Made by a program: the position numbers and the translations under genes. A stretch of DNA of 64,000 bases from assembly GCA_963805975.1 (NCBI GenBank), contig CAWDVR010000001.1:352001-416000 (forward strand), given 5' to 3'. Positions within the stretch are counted from its first letter, which is position 1. The number at the start of each line of letters is the position of its first letter. Of this stretch, positions 50,902 to 59,258 are shown piece by piece. The DNA is from an uncultured Acidobacteriota bacterium (GTDB taxonomy: Bacteria > Acidobacteriota > Thermoanaerobaculia > Multivoradales > SZUA-115). The notes below the pieces were generated by a model, which ran no database searches, had not been told where the DNA came from, and saw nothing but the letters and a program-made list of their open reading frames with translations.

Positions 50902-52359
50902 ATGCCTCCGTTCACCCGCCGCCAGTTGTTGCAGGGAGCCCTCGCCCAGTCCGCGCTGTGGTCGGTCGCCGGTTGCGCCTCGCCAGGGTCGAGAGCGCCG
51001 ATCGTGGTGCCCGCCGCCGCGGAGCCGGTGGCGGAGCCCGAGCCGCCGGCGCCGAAGCCGAGTGTGCTCTTCCTGGCGATCGACGATCTCAACGACTGGG
51101 CCGGCTGCCTGGGCGGCTACCCGGGCATCTCCACGCCGGCCATCGACCGCCTGGCCGGCCAGGGGCGCCTTTTCAGCCACGCCTATTGCAGCGCACCGGC
51201 CTGCGACCCCTCGCGCTCCTCGCTCTTGACCGGCCTCGCTCCCTGGACCCTGGGCATCTACGACAACACGGTGGACTTCCGCACCGCTCATCCCGACGTG
51301 CTGACCCTGCCGCAGTACCTCGCCCTCCACGGCTACCGCACGGTGGGGGGAGGGAAGATCTTCCACAACAACTTCCCCGACGTGCGCTCCTGGCAGGAGC
51401 ACTTTCCCACCCCCTCGGCGCCACCGCCCGCGGGCCGGCCCCTGAACCGCCTGCTCACCCCCCACGAGTTCCGCCAGGCCAAGGGCCTCGACCGGCTGCT
51501 CGACTGGGGGCCGGTCGACGTGCCGCCGGAGGAGACCTCGGACGGCCAGCTCGCGACCTGGGCCGAGGAGCGGCTGGCGCGGGACGAAGCGGAAGGCGAC
51601 GACCGCCCGCTGTTCTTCGCCGTGGGCTTCGCCCGGCCGCACCTGCCGTGGTACGTGCCGCGCCAGTACTTCGACGCCTACCCGCTCGCCGAGGTGCGGC
51701 TGCCGGAGGTGCTGGCCGGCGACCTCGACGACGTGCCCGAGATCGCGCGCCAGCTCGCCGGCGGCGAGACGCTGACCGCCATCTACGACCCCGAGGTGGC
51801 GCGGCGGGCGGTGCAGGCCTACCTCGCGGCCGCGACCTTCGTCGACGAGCAGGTCGGCCGCGTGCTCGCGGCCTGGGAGGCGAGCCGCCACGCGGCCCAT
51901 GGACTGGTGGTGCTGTGGAGCGACCACGGCTTCCACCTGGGCGAGAAGGGGCATTGGCGCAAGACCACGCTCTGGGAAGAGGCGAACCACGTGCCGCTGA
52001 TCATTCGCGGCGCTGCCGTGACCCGGCCCGGCACGCCCTGCCGGCGGCCGGCGAGCCTGCTCGACCTCTATCCCACTCTGGTCGAGCTCTGCGGCCTGCC
52101 GCCGCACCCGGACCTCGAGGGCGTGAGCCTGGCCCCGTGGCTGGCCGACCCGACGGCGCCGCGCGAGCGGCCGGCGGTGACGGCGCTGGTACCCGGCAGC
52201 TTCGCGGCCCGCGACGAGCGCTTCCGCTACATCCGCTACGGCGACGGCTCCGAGGAGCTGTACGACCACGAGGCCGATCCTCACGAGTGGACCAACGTGG
52301 CGGCGCGGCGCGACCTGGGTCCGGTCAAGCAGGGCCTGGCGCGCTTCCTGCCGGAATAG
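50902..52359 (+). CDS. Cys-type sulfatase (choline/iduronate-2-sulfatase-like), Tat lipoprotein
   Basis: TRRQLL Tat motif, VAGC lipobox; IDDLND, CDPSRSSLLTG, GKIFH, RPHLP, WSDHG. Confidence 0.9.
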   Translation: MPPFTRRQLLQGALAQSALWSVAGCASPGSRAPIVVPAAAEPVAEPEPPAPKPSVLFLAIDDLNDWAGCLGGYPGISTPAIDRLAGQGRLFSHAYCSAPACDPSRSSLLTGLAPWTLGIYDNTVDFRTAHPDVLTLPQYLALHGYRTVGGGKIFHNNFPDVRSWQEHFPTPSAPPPAGRPLNRLLTPHEFRQAKGLDRLLDWGPVDVPPEETSDGQLATWAEERLARDEAEGDDRPLFFAVGFARPHLPWYVPRQYFDAYPLAEVRLPEVLAGDLDDVPEIARQLAGGETLTAIYDPEVARRAVQAYLAAATFVDEQVGRVLAAWEASRHAAHGLVVLWSDHGFHLGEKGHWRKTTLWEEANHVPLIIRGAAVTRPGTPCRRPASLLDLYPTLVELCGLPPHPDLEGVSLAPWLADPTAPRERPAVTALVPGSFAARDERFRYIRYGDGSEELYDHEADPHEWTNVAARRDLGPVKQGLARFLPE

Positions 52360-52372
52360 CGAGCCGGCCGCC

Positions 52373-53824
52373 ATGCTCGAGAGCCGGTTGCACCTCGCGA
52401 TCACGGCGAGCCTGGCGCCCCTTCTGGTGTTGAGCCTCGGCGCCTGCGCGCCCGAGCCCGCGCGCCGGCCGAACCTGCTGCTGGTGTCGATCGACACGCT
52501 GCGCGCCGACCACCTGGGCTGCTACGGTGCCGAGCGCCCCACCTCACCGCGCCTCGATCGCTTCGCCGAGAGCGCGGTGCGCTTCGAGCACGCCTACGCG
52601 CCGGCGCCGTGGACCCTGCCCTCGCACGCCGCTCTCCTGACGGGCGTCCATCCCTACCGGCTCGGCCTGCGCGACGCCGCCGGCACCCTGCCGTCCGACG
52701 TGCCCACGCTCGCCGAGCGCCTCTCCCGGTCCGGGTACCAGACGGCGGCGATCGTCGACTCCTGGCCGGGCGGCTACGTGGGCGCCGAGCGCGGCTTCGG
52801 CCGCGGCTTTGGCGAGTACGTCCATCACCCCTCGCTCGGAAGACCGCTCCGCGACGACGTGGCGGTGACCGTGGAGCGCGCCGAGGCCTGGCTCGCGCGC
52901 CGCGACCGCGCGCGGCCGTTCTTCCTCTTCCTGCATACCAAGTCGGTGCACGCGGCGCCGGGCGCGACCCCGTGCCACGACCGGCGTTGCTTCCCCTACG
53001 ACAAGCCCGATCCCTACCGCTTCCGCTTCCTCCCCGAGGCGGAGGCCACGGCGCGCTGGCGGTCGCCCGAGCTGGGCAAGGGCCAGGGCTACCTGTGGGC
53101 GCTCAACCGCGAGATCCTCGCCGGCCGGCTCGACCCCGGCGCCGTGCCGCGAGAGGAGATCGCGCAGCTCGAGGCGCTCTACGACGCCGGCATCGCCTAC
53201 CTGGACGAGCACCTGGGCCTTTTTCTCGAGCGGGCCGAGGAATCGGGGCAGCTCGACGACACGGCGATCGTCCTCACCTCGGACCACGGCGAGGCCTTCG
53301 GCGAGCACGGCCTCTTCATGCACCAGCAGGTCTATGAGGAGCTGCTGCGGGTGCCGCTCCTGGTGCGGCTTCCGGGCGGCGGGCCGGGGTGGGTCGAGGG
53401 CCGGCGGGTGGCGCTCGAAGACGTGGCCGCGACCCTGGCGGGGCTCGCCGGGCTCGCGGACCCGGGCGCCATGACCGGCCGGCCGCTACCGCTCGACGGC
53501 TCCGCGGCCGGTACCAGCGCCGAGCAGCCGTTCCTCGGCTACTACCTCTTCGGCCCGCGCTTCGACTACCGCGCCTTCGCGGTGCGGCAGGGAGATCTGA
53601 AGCTCGTGGCACAGGCGACGCGGCCGGAGGGGGAGCTCGCGCACGAGCTCTACGACCTGGCGGCGGACCCCGGCGAGCGCTCGCCGCTCCCGGCCGGCGA
53701 TCCCCGCCACGCGGAGCTCGCAGCGCTCCTCGACCGCCTGCTCCGCCAGCCGCCCGTGGGCACGCCGGGGCGGCCGGCCGAGGCCGGTCATGGTGCGGTC
53801 GAGGCGCTCTCGTACATCGAGTGA
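52373..53824 (+). CDS. Sulfatase-like hydrolase lipoprotein (Thr at the formylglycine position)
   Basis: LGAC lipobox; IDTLRADHL, WTLPSHAALLTG, TSDHGE, ELYDLAADPGE. Confidence 0.85.
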   Translation: MLESRLHLAITASLAPLLVLSLGACAPEPARRPNLLLVSIDTLRADHLGCYGAERPTSPRLDRFAESAVRFEHAYAPAPWTLPSHAALLTGVHPYRLGLRDAAGTLPSDVPTLAERLSRSGYQTAAIVDSWPGGYVGAERGFGRGFGEYVHHPSLGRPLRDDVAVTVERAEAWLARRDRARPFFLFLHTKSVHAAPGATPCHDRRCFPYDKPDPYRFRFLPEAEATARWRSPELGKGQGYLWALNREILAGRLDPGAVPREEIAQLEALYDAGIAYLDEHLGLFLERAEESGQLDDTAIVLTSDHGEAFGEHGLFMHQQVYEELLRVPLLVRLPGGGPGWVEGRRVALEDVAATLAGLAGLADPGAMTGRPLPLDGSAAGTSAEQPFLGYYLFGPRFDYRAFAVRQGDLKLVAQATRPEGELAHELYDLAADPGERSPLPAGDPRHAELAALLDRLLRQPPVGTPGRPAEAGHGAVEALSYIE

Positions 53825-53834
53825 CGGCTCAGGA

Positions 53835-53968
53835 CCCCTCACCCCGACCCTCTCCCCGCTGACGCGGGGCGAGGGCGCCACCACCCCATGCCGAGAGGGC
53901 GACCGCCGGTCGCCCCTACAGCTCTGGTCCCCTCTCCCCGCTTGCGGGGAGAGGGCTAGGGTGAGGGG
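53835..53968. repeat. REP-like composite inverted repeat, copy 2, with a nested GTAG-type palindrome
   Basis: Arms nearly identical to 39547-39677 in inverted order; internal GTAGGGGCGACCGGCGGTCGCCCT on the minus strand (53896-53919). Confidence 0.8.
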
Positions 53969-55296
53969 CCGATCACAGTGCTCGGCCGCATCTCGTCCAC
54001 GAAGAAGAACCCGTCGTAGACCCGCGGCCAGTCGACCGTCTGCGGCTCGTAGAAGTAGGCGCCGGCGGTCTGGGGCTGGCGCAGCCAGTGCTCCGCGGGC
54101 AGGGACTTGAGATCCAGGAACAGGTAGGGCCTGCCGAGGCCATGCAGCAGATCCTCGAGCGAGCCGGGCTGCGGCGTGGGCAGGACCTCCGGGGGCTCCT
54201 TGGCCGGGTCGGAGCCGGTGTAGAAGATCGAGCCGTGGTGGGCGAGGAAGGCCAGGGTGTAGAGGCCGTCGCCCAGCTCGCGCTTCAGGAAACGGCCGGC
54301 CGGCCCTCCGAAGGCACGGCCGCCCGCCCCCGCCGGAAACGAGAGGTCCATGCCCAGGTGGTAGTTGTGGGCCCACACGATCACCTTGCGGCCGGCGAGC
54401 GGGCCGCGGAGCCACCACAGCAGGTTCTCGGCCATCGCCGTGTCGCGGGAGTAGCCGTCGGCATTGCCCTGGTTCGCGTCCCCCGGCAGGGCGCGATCCA
54501 TGGCGAGGAAGCTCACCAGGCTCTGGCGCGCCCAGCCCACCTCGTGCGGCGGATAGATCCGCTCGAGCTCCGCCCGGCGCGCATCGAGGGTGGCGATCAG
54601 CCGCCGCGGCAGCTCGCGGTTCCAGTTGCGCACGCCGGGCTTGGCGTAGTAGTCGGCCGGCAGCAGGCCGCTCGACATCGCCGCGAGGTCGGCGCGCTCG
54701 GCGCTCGAGATCAGCCCGCGGTCGAGGCGGTCGAAGAACGAGGTGACGAAGCGCGGGAAGCCCTCGCGCCGGCCGGCATCGGTCGACACCCGGGAGTCGA
54801 AGCCCACGGTGGCGATCGGCCGCATCGTGGCCCGGGTCGCCCGCACGTAGGCGAGCGTGGGCTCGACCTCGCGGCTCTTGGACCAGATGCCGTAGAGGCA
54901 GAGCGCGGCGGCCTCGGCCAGTGGCCGGTCGCCGCGCAGGGCGGCGTCGAAGTCCCGGCAGTCGAAGAAGCCGGCCTCCCAGGCCAGCACGTCGAAGCCC
55001 AGGCGCTGGTGCAGGAAGCGGATCAGCCGCGCCTTGGCGAGAAAGGTCGAGCCCTCGCCGTGCGTGCCTTCGCCGAGCTGCACCACCCGCGCGCCGCCGA
55101 TCGCCCGGGCGATCGGCTCGAGATCGGCGAAGTCCTCGTCCTCGGGATCGAGCGAGCGGATCGGTGCCGCGTGGTCACGCAGCCAGGCGGCGTGCTCGGC
55201 GTTGTCGGGCGGGGGAGCGCCGGCGGGCGGCTGGGCGATCGCCGCCGTCGCCGTGAGAGCGGCCAGGAGAAACACCTCGACCGCCGTTCGCCCCAC
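53956..55296 (-). CDS. Erythromycin esterase family protein, secreted
   Basis: Probable GTG start; signal peptide; LGEGTHG, LGFDVLAWE, RDTAMAENL, IVWAHNYH. Confidence 0.85.
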   Translation of the reverse strand: MGRTAVEVFLLAALTATAAIAQPPAGAPPPDNAEHAAWLRDHAAPIRSLDPEDEDFADLEPIARAIGGARVVQLGEGTHGEGSTFLAKARLIRFLHQRLGFDVLAWEAGFFDCRDFDAALRGDRPLAEAAALCLYGIWSKSREVEPTLAYVRATRATMRPIATVGFDSRVSTDAGRREGFPRFVTSFFDRLDRGLISSAERADLAAMSSGLLPADYYAKPGVRNWNRELPRRLIATLDARRAELERIYPPHEVGWARQSLVSFLAMDRALPGDANQGNADGYSRDTAMAENLLWWLRGPLAGRKVIVWAHNYHLGMDLSFPAGAGGRAFGGPAGRFLKRELGDGLYTLAFLAHHGSIFYTGSDPAKEPPEVLPTPQPGSLEDLLHGLGRPYLFLDLKSLPAEHWLRQPQTAGAYFYEPQTVDWPRVYDGFFFVDEMRPSTVIGPSP

Positions 55297-55301
55297 GGCT
55301 C

Positions 55302-56447
55302 CTAGCCCCGCTTGGCGCCCGCGCCTTCGAGAGACATCTTCAGACTGAAGAACTGGAGCAGCTCTTTGACCTGCACGATACCCACCAGGCGCTCGCCCTC
55401 GGCGACCAGCAGGAGCCCGGTCCGGCCGTGGTTCATGCGATGGAGCGCCTCGAGCGCGTCGGCGTCCGGCGCCACCGTGTTGGCGCCGCTCTGGCGCTCG
55501 GCGATCGAGCCCACGGTCTGCCGGTCCCACTCGTCGCGCGGCAGGGCCTTCACGTGCTGCGGCGTCACGTAGCCCACCAGGCGGTCGCCGTCGACCACCG
55601 GAAAGAGCGGGTGCTGATGGCGGTAGATGAACTCCTCGACCAGCTCCTTGACCGAGATCGCCCGCGGCACGGCCACCGGATCGGTCTTCATGAAGCGCGA
55701 CACGGGCTGGCCGGCCAGCGTGCGCACCAGGAGCACCTGCCGGTAGGACATCTGCGCCGCGGTGCGCAGCAGGAGGCCGCCCAGGAAGAGGGCCAGCCCG
55801 AGCGAGAACGAGCCCGAGAGCTGCACCACGACGCCCAGCACCAGGATCGCGGTGCCGCCGAGCGAGCCCAGGGTGGTGGCGGTCTCGGTGGCCGCCACCA
55901 GGTCCCCCTTGAGGCGCCACAGCACGGCGACCAGCGCCCTGCCGCCGTCGAGCGGGAAGGCCGGCAGGAGGTTGACGACGCCGAGCGTGAGATTGGCGAC
56001 GGCGAGATAGCCGAGCGGACCGGTGGCGGCAACCTGCCAGCCCGAGGTGACGCCCCAGATCCACGCCAGGCCGAGGCCGCCGGAGAGGAAGAGGCTCGCG
56101 GCGGGCCCGGCGGCGGCGGTCGCGAGCTCTGCCTCGGGGCTGCCTACGTCGAAGGCGGTCTCGAACGAGTCGCCGATCACGAAGAGCCCGATGCCGTGCG
56201 GCTCGCGGCCGAAGTGGCGCGCCACCAGCGCATGGCCCAGCTTGTGGATCAGCACCGAGAGGCCGAGACCGAGCGCCACCGCGCCGCCCATCGCCCACGA
56301 GGCGGCAGGCAGCAGCTCCGGGTAGTGCGTGGGAAAGACCCAGGAGGCGAAGGAGAAGGCGACCGCGACCGTGAGCACCATCCACGGCAGGTCCGTCGCC
56401 ACGGCGAAACCGAGAAGGGTGAACAGTTGGAAGCGGTGGGTCGTCAT
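55302..56447 (-). CDS. Site-2 protease (M50) family protein with CBS pair; HExxH altered to HKLGH
   Basis: SVLIHKLGH, AAAGPAAS, NLLPAFPLDGGR; two C-terminal CBS domains. Confidence 0.85.
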   Translation of the reverse strand: MTTHRFQLFTLLGFAVATDLPWMVLTVAVAFSFASWVFPTHYPELLPAASWAMGGAVALGLGLSVLIHKLGHALVARHFGREPHGIGLFVIGDSFETAFDVGSPEAELATAAAGPAASLFLSGGLGLAWIWGVTSGWQVAATGPLGYLAVANLTLGVVNLLPAFPLDGGRALVAVLWRLKGDLVAATETATTLGSLGGTAILVLGVVVQLSGSFSLGLALFLGGLLLRTAAQMSYRQVLLVRTLAGQPVSRFMKTDPVAVPRAISVKELVEEFIYRHQHPLFPVVDGDRLVGYVTPQHVKALPRDEWDRQTVGSIAERQSGANTVAPDADALEALHRMNHGRTGLLLVAEGERLVGIVQVKELLQFFSLKMSLEGAGAKRG

Positions 56448-56552
56448 GAGGGCTCGAGAATCGGAGACAGTCTACTGATTTCGCCCGCATCGTGCCGTGG
56501 CTCGCGAATCGGTAGACTCTCACCGCTTCTTGGCCCCGGTGTCTGTGCCCGC

Positions 56553-57503
56553 ATGCCGAGCCCTCAACTGCCGCTGATCCTCGCCGCGCTGCGCGTCCGG
56601 AGCGCCACGCGAGAAAGGCTCTCCGTCGCCGATTCGCGCGCCGCGTTCGAGAACCTGGCCCGTGTCTGCCCGGTGGCGCCGGACGTCGCCGTCGAGCCGA
56701 TGACAGCCGGGGGCGTGCCGGTCGAGTGGCTGACCCCTCCCGGCGTCGACCGGGCGCGCGCTCTCCTCTTCCTGCACGGCGGCGCCTACGTGATGGGCTC
56801 GCTCTCGACCCACCGGGACCTCGCGTCCCGCTTGGCGCGCGCGGCCGGCGCGAGGGCGCTCACCGTGGGCTACCGGCTGGCGCCGGAGCACCGCTTCCCC
56901 GCCGCGCTCGACGACGCGCTCGCCGCCTACCGCTGGCTGCTTGCCGAAGGCTTCGAGCCGCGGCACATCGCCGTCGCCGGCGACTCGGCCGGAGGCGGGC
57001 TGGCCCTGGCGATGCTCGTGGCCTTGCGTGATCGGGGGCTTCCCCTGCCGGCAGCCTTCGCCGGCCTCTCGGTCAACGTCGATCTCGAGGGCACGGGCGA
57101 ATCCATGGACACGAGGGCCGCGAACGATCCCGTGATCCAGCGCCGCTTCCTGCTCGAGACCGCGCGCCACTACCTGGGCGACCACGATCGCCGCGACCCG
57201 CTCGCCTCACCGCTCTACGCCGATCTTGCGGGCCTGCCGCCGATGCTCCTCCAGGTGGGGAGCCTCGAGACCCTTCTCGACGATTCGACCCGCCTCGCCG
57301 AGCGCGCCCGCGCCGCCGGAGTCGAGGCACGGCTCGAGGTCTGGGAGGACATGTTCCACGGCTGGCAGCTCTACGCCAAGATGCTGCCCGAGGGCCGCGC
57401 CGCGATCGAGCAGGTGGGGGAGTTCGTGCGGGAGACTTGCGCTGTCAGCTATTCCGACTTGGCCTCGTACCCCGGTCGCTTCGTCGGGTCCGGCCAGCAG
57501 TAG
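56553..57503 (+). CDS. Alpha/beta hydrolase, HSL-family esterase
   Basis: LHGGAY, YRLAPEHRFP, GDSAGG, SPLYADLAGLPP, MFHGW. Confidence 0.92.
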   Translation: MPSPQLPLILAALRVRSATRERLSVADSRAAFENLARVCPVAPDVAVEPMTAGGVPVEWLTPPGVDRARALLFLHGGAYVMGSLSTHRDLASRLARAAGARALTVGYRLAPEHRFPAALDDALAAYRWLLAEGFEPRHIAVAGDSAGGGLALAMLVALRDRGLPLPAAFAGLSVNVDLEGTGESMDTRAANDPVIQRRFLLETARHYLGDHDRRDPLASPLYADLAGLPPMLLQVGSLETLLDDSTRLAERARAAGVEARLEVWEDMFHGWQLYAKMLPEGRAAIEQVGEFVRETCAVSYSDLASYPGRFVGSGQQ

Positions 57504-58180
57504 AGGTCGCGGCGGCGCTCGAGGTCCTCGCTCAGGGCGCGCTTGAAGCCGCGCTCGCCGACCGCGGCGAGGAGGGCCGCGCGATAGGTGGGGATGTCGA
57601 TCGACTCCAGGCGCAGGCGGATGGTGCGGAAGAGGTGGGGGAAGCGCTCGCCCGGCGCCTGCACGTGGTGGAGGCCGCCACTGTAGGCGAGGAGCAAGCG
57701 GCCGCTCGGGGTCGCCTCGACCATGTCGGCGATGCCGCCGCGCACGGTCATCGGCTTGCCGTTCTTGTCCAGACCGTTGAGCCGCATCATCCGCCCCTCG
57801 GGCGCCATCACCACCAGCGAGCGCTCGTCGGCGATCTTCTCCATCACCTCTTTCCAGGTGTGGTCGCGCTCGCGGCTGATCGGCACCACGTGCCGGGCGA
57901 TGAAGCGGAAGAAGAGCCCAACGAGCGGGCGCTCGATGGTCACGTCGGCCACCGGCACCACGCCGTGGCGGGCGATCTGCCACAGGAACCGGGGCGGCGG
58001 GCTGCCGGCCCACAACCATTCGAAGAGGCTGGTGTGGTTGAGGATGGCGGCGATCCGGAGGTCTCGCCAGGGATCGCCGGCCGGCACCTCTCCCACCCAG
58101 GCGATGTCGTGCCGCCAGAAGGTGCGGCTCAGCGCCTTGATGGCCAGGAGCAGGCAGAAAACGAGGATGGAGCGCAGCAT
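57449..58180 (-). CDS. PlsC-like glycerol-acyltransferase family protein
   Basis: NHTSLFE (HX4E), APEGR, RGG. Confidence 0.7.
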   Translation of the reverse strand: MLRSILVFCLLLAIKALSRTFWRHDIAWVGEVPAGDPWRDLRIAAILNHTSLFEWLWAGSPPPRFLWQIARHGVVPVADVTIERPLVGLFFRFIARHVVPISRERDHTWKEVMEKIADERSLVVMAPEGRMMRLNGLDKNGKPMTVRGGIADMVEATPSGRLLLAYSGGLHHVQAPGERFPHLFRTIRLRLESIDIPTYRAALLAAVGERGFKRALSEDLERRRDLYCWPDPTKRPGYEAKSE

Positions 58181-58250
58181 GGGGAGCGGCCAATCTTACG
58201 ACAGGCTTCGTCTCATAGGCGGGCTCGTTCCGCGGTAGGATCGCCGCGCC

Positions 58251-59132
58251 ATGACCAGCCCCACCGCTCCGCCGACCCCGCGGCCGGCGGTCTCCGCCAT
58301 CGTCACCACCTTCAACGAGGAGCGCAACATCGGCGCCTGCGTCGAGTCGCTCCTGTGGTGCGACGAGATCTTCGTCGTCGACTCCTTCTCGACCGACGGC
58401 ACGGCGGCGGTGGTGGCCCGCTACCCGAAGGTCAACTTCGTGCAGCGCACCTACTTCGGCTCGGCGTCGCAGAAGAACTGGGCGATGGACCAGGTGCAGC
58501 ACGACTGGATCCTGATCTTCGACGCCGACGAGCGCTGCACGCCGGCGTTGCAGAGCGAGATCGAGGCCCTGCTGGCGAGCGGTCCCAAGCACGACGCCTA
58601 CACCATCCACCGCCGCGTCTTCCTGATGGACAAGGTGATCCGCTTCTCCGGCTGGCAGCGCGACCGCGTGGTCCGCCTGGTGAGGAAGGGCACGGCCCGC
58701 TACCCGAACCGCCGCGTGCACGCCGACATGCAGACCCAGGGGCCGGCGCCGGTGCTGCGCAACTCCATGGACCACCACATGGCGGAGTCCATGGACGAGT
58801 ACATCCCGCGGATCATGAAGTACGGCTACTGGGGTGCCGCCCAGGCCTGGCGGGAGGGCAAGACCGCCGGCGTGACCGAGGTGCTCGGCCGCTCGGTGTG
58901 GCGCTTCTTCCGCACCTACGTCTTCCAGCTCGGCGTGCTGGACGGCATGCACGGCCTGGTCTTCTGCATGCTCCAGGCCTTCGGCACCTACGTGAAGTGG
59001 TCGACCCTCTGGGGCTGGCGGGTCAACGAGAAGCGCGGCCTGCTGCCGAAGCTGCCGCCGTTCGACCACGACGAAGAGGTGTGGAAGGGGCTCGAAGAGC
59101 TGTCCACCCCGGCGATGCCACAACAGGAGTGA
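58251..59132 (+). CDS. GT2 glycosyltransferase (KdtX/WaaE-like)
   Basis: TFNEE, VDSFSTDGT, QKNWA, DADE, GVLDGMHG. Confidence 0.9.
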   Translation: MTSPTAPPTPRPAVSAIVTTFNEERNIGACVESLLWCDEIFVVDSFSTDGTAAVVARYPKVNFVQRTYFGSASQKNWAMDQVQHDWILIFDADERCTPALQSEIEALLASGPKHDAYTIHRRVFLMDKVIRFSGWQRDRVVRLVRKGTARYPNRRVHADMQTQGPAPVLRNSMDHHMAESMDEYIPRIMKYGYWGAAQAWREGKTAGVTEVLGRSVWRFFRTYVFQLGVLDGMHGLVFCMLQAFGTYVKWSTLWGWRVNEKRGLLPKLPPFDHDEEVWKGLEELSTPAMPQQE

Positions 59133-59258
59133 GGACGCCGGGCGCGCGGCGTGCGCTCTTGTTCCTCGAGCTCCATTGTCTTGAAGAATAGCCATTTGTG
59201 GGGATAGGCTCCCCGGGGCCGCGGCGTGGTGCCGCGGCTCTCGGAAGGGAGGGGAGCC

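Noticed and set aside
53956-55296. Erythromycin esterase as an acquired resistance gene
   Set aside because: It has a signal peptide, host-like composition and no mobile context; the family is broad, so resistance cannot be inferred.
49192-57503. Long N-terminal extensions of the sulfatase, erythromycin esterase and HSL esterase ORFs
   Set aside because: The extensions overlap other genuine genes; better starts are 50902, 55296 and 56553.
57449-57503. 55-bp convergent overlap of the esterase and acyltransferase genes
   Set aside because: The overlap is short and no single-indel explanation is evident; unremarkable in high-GC genomes.
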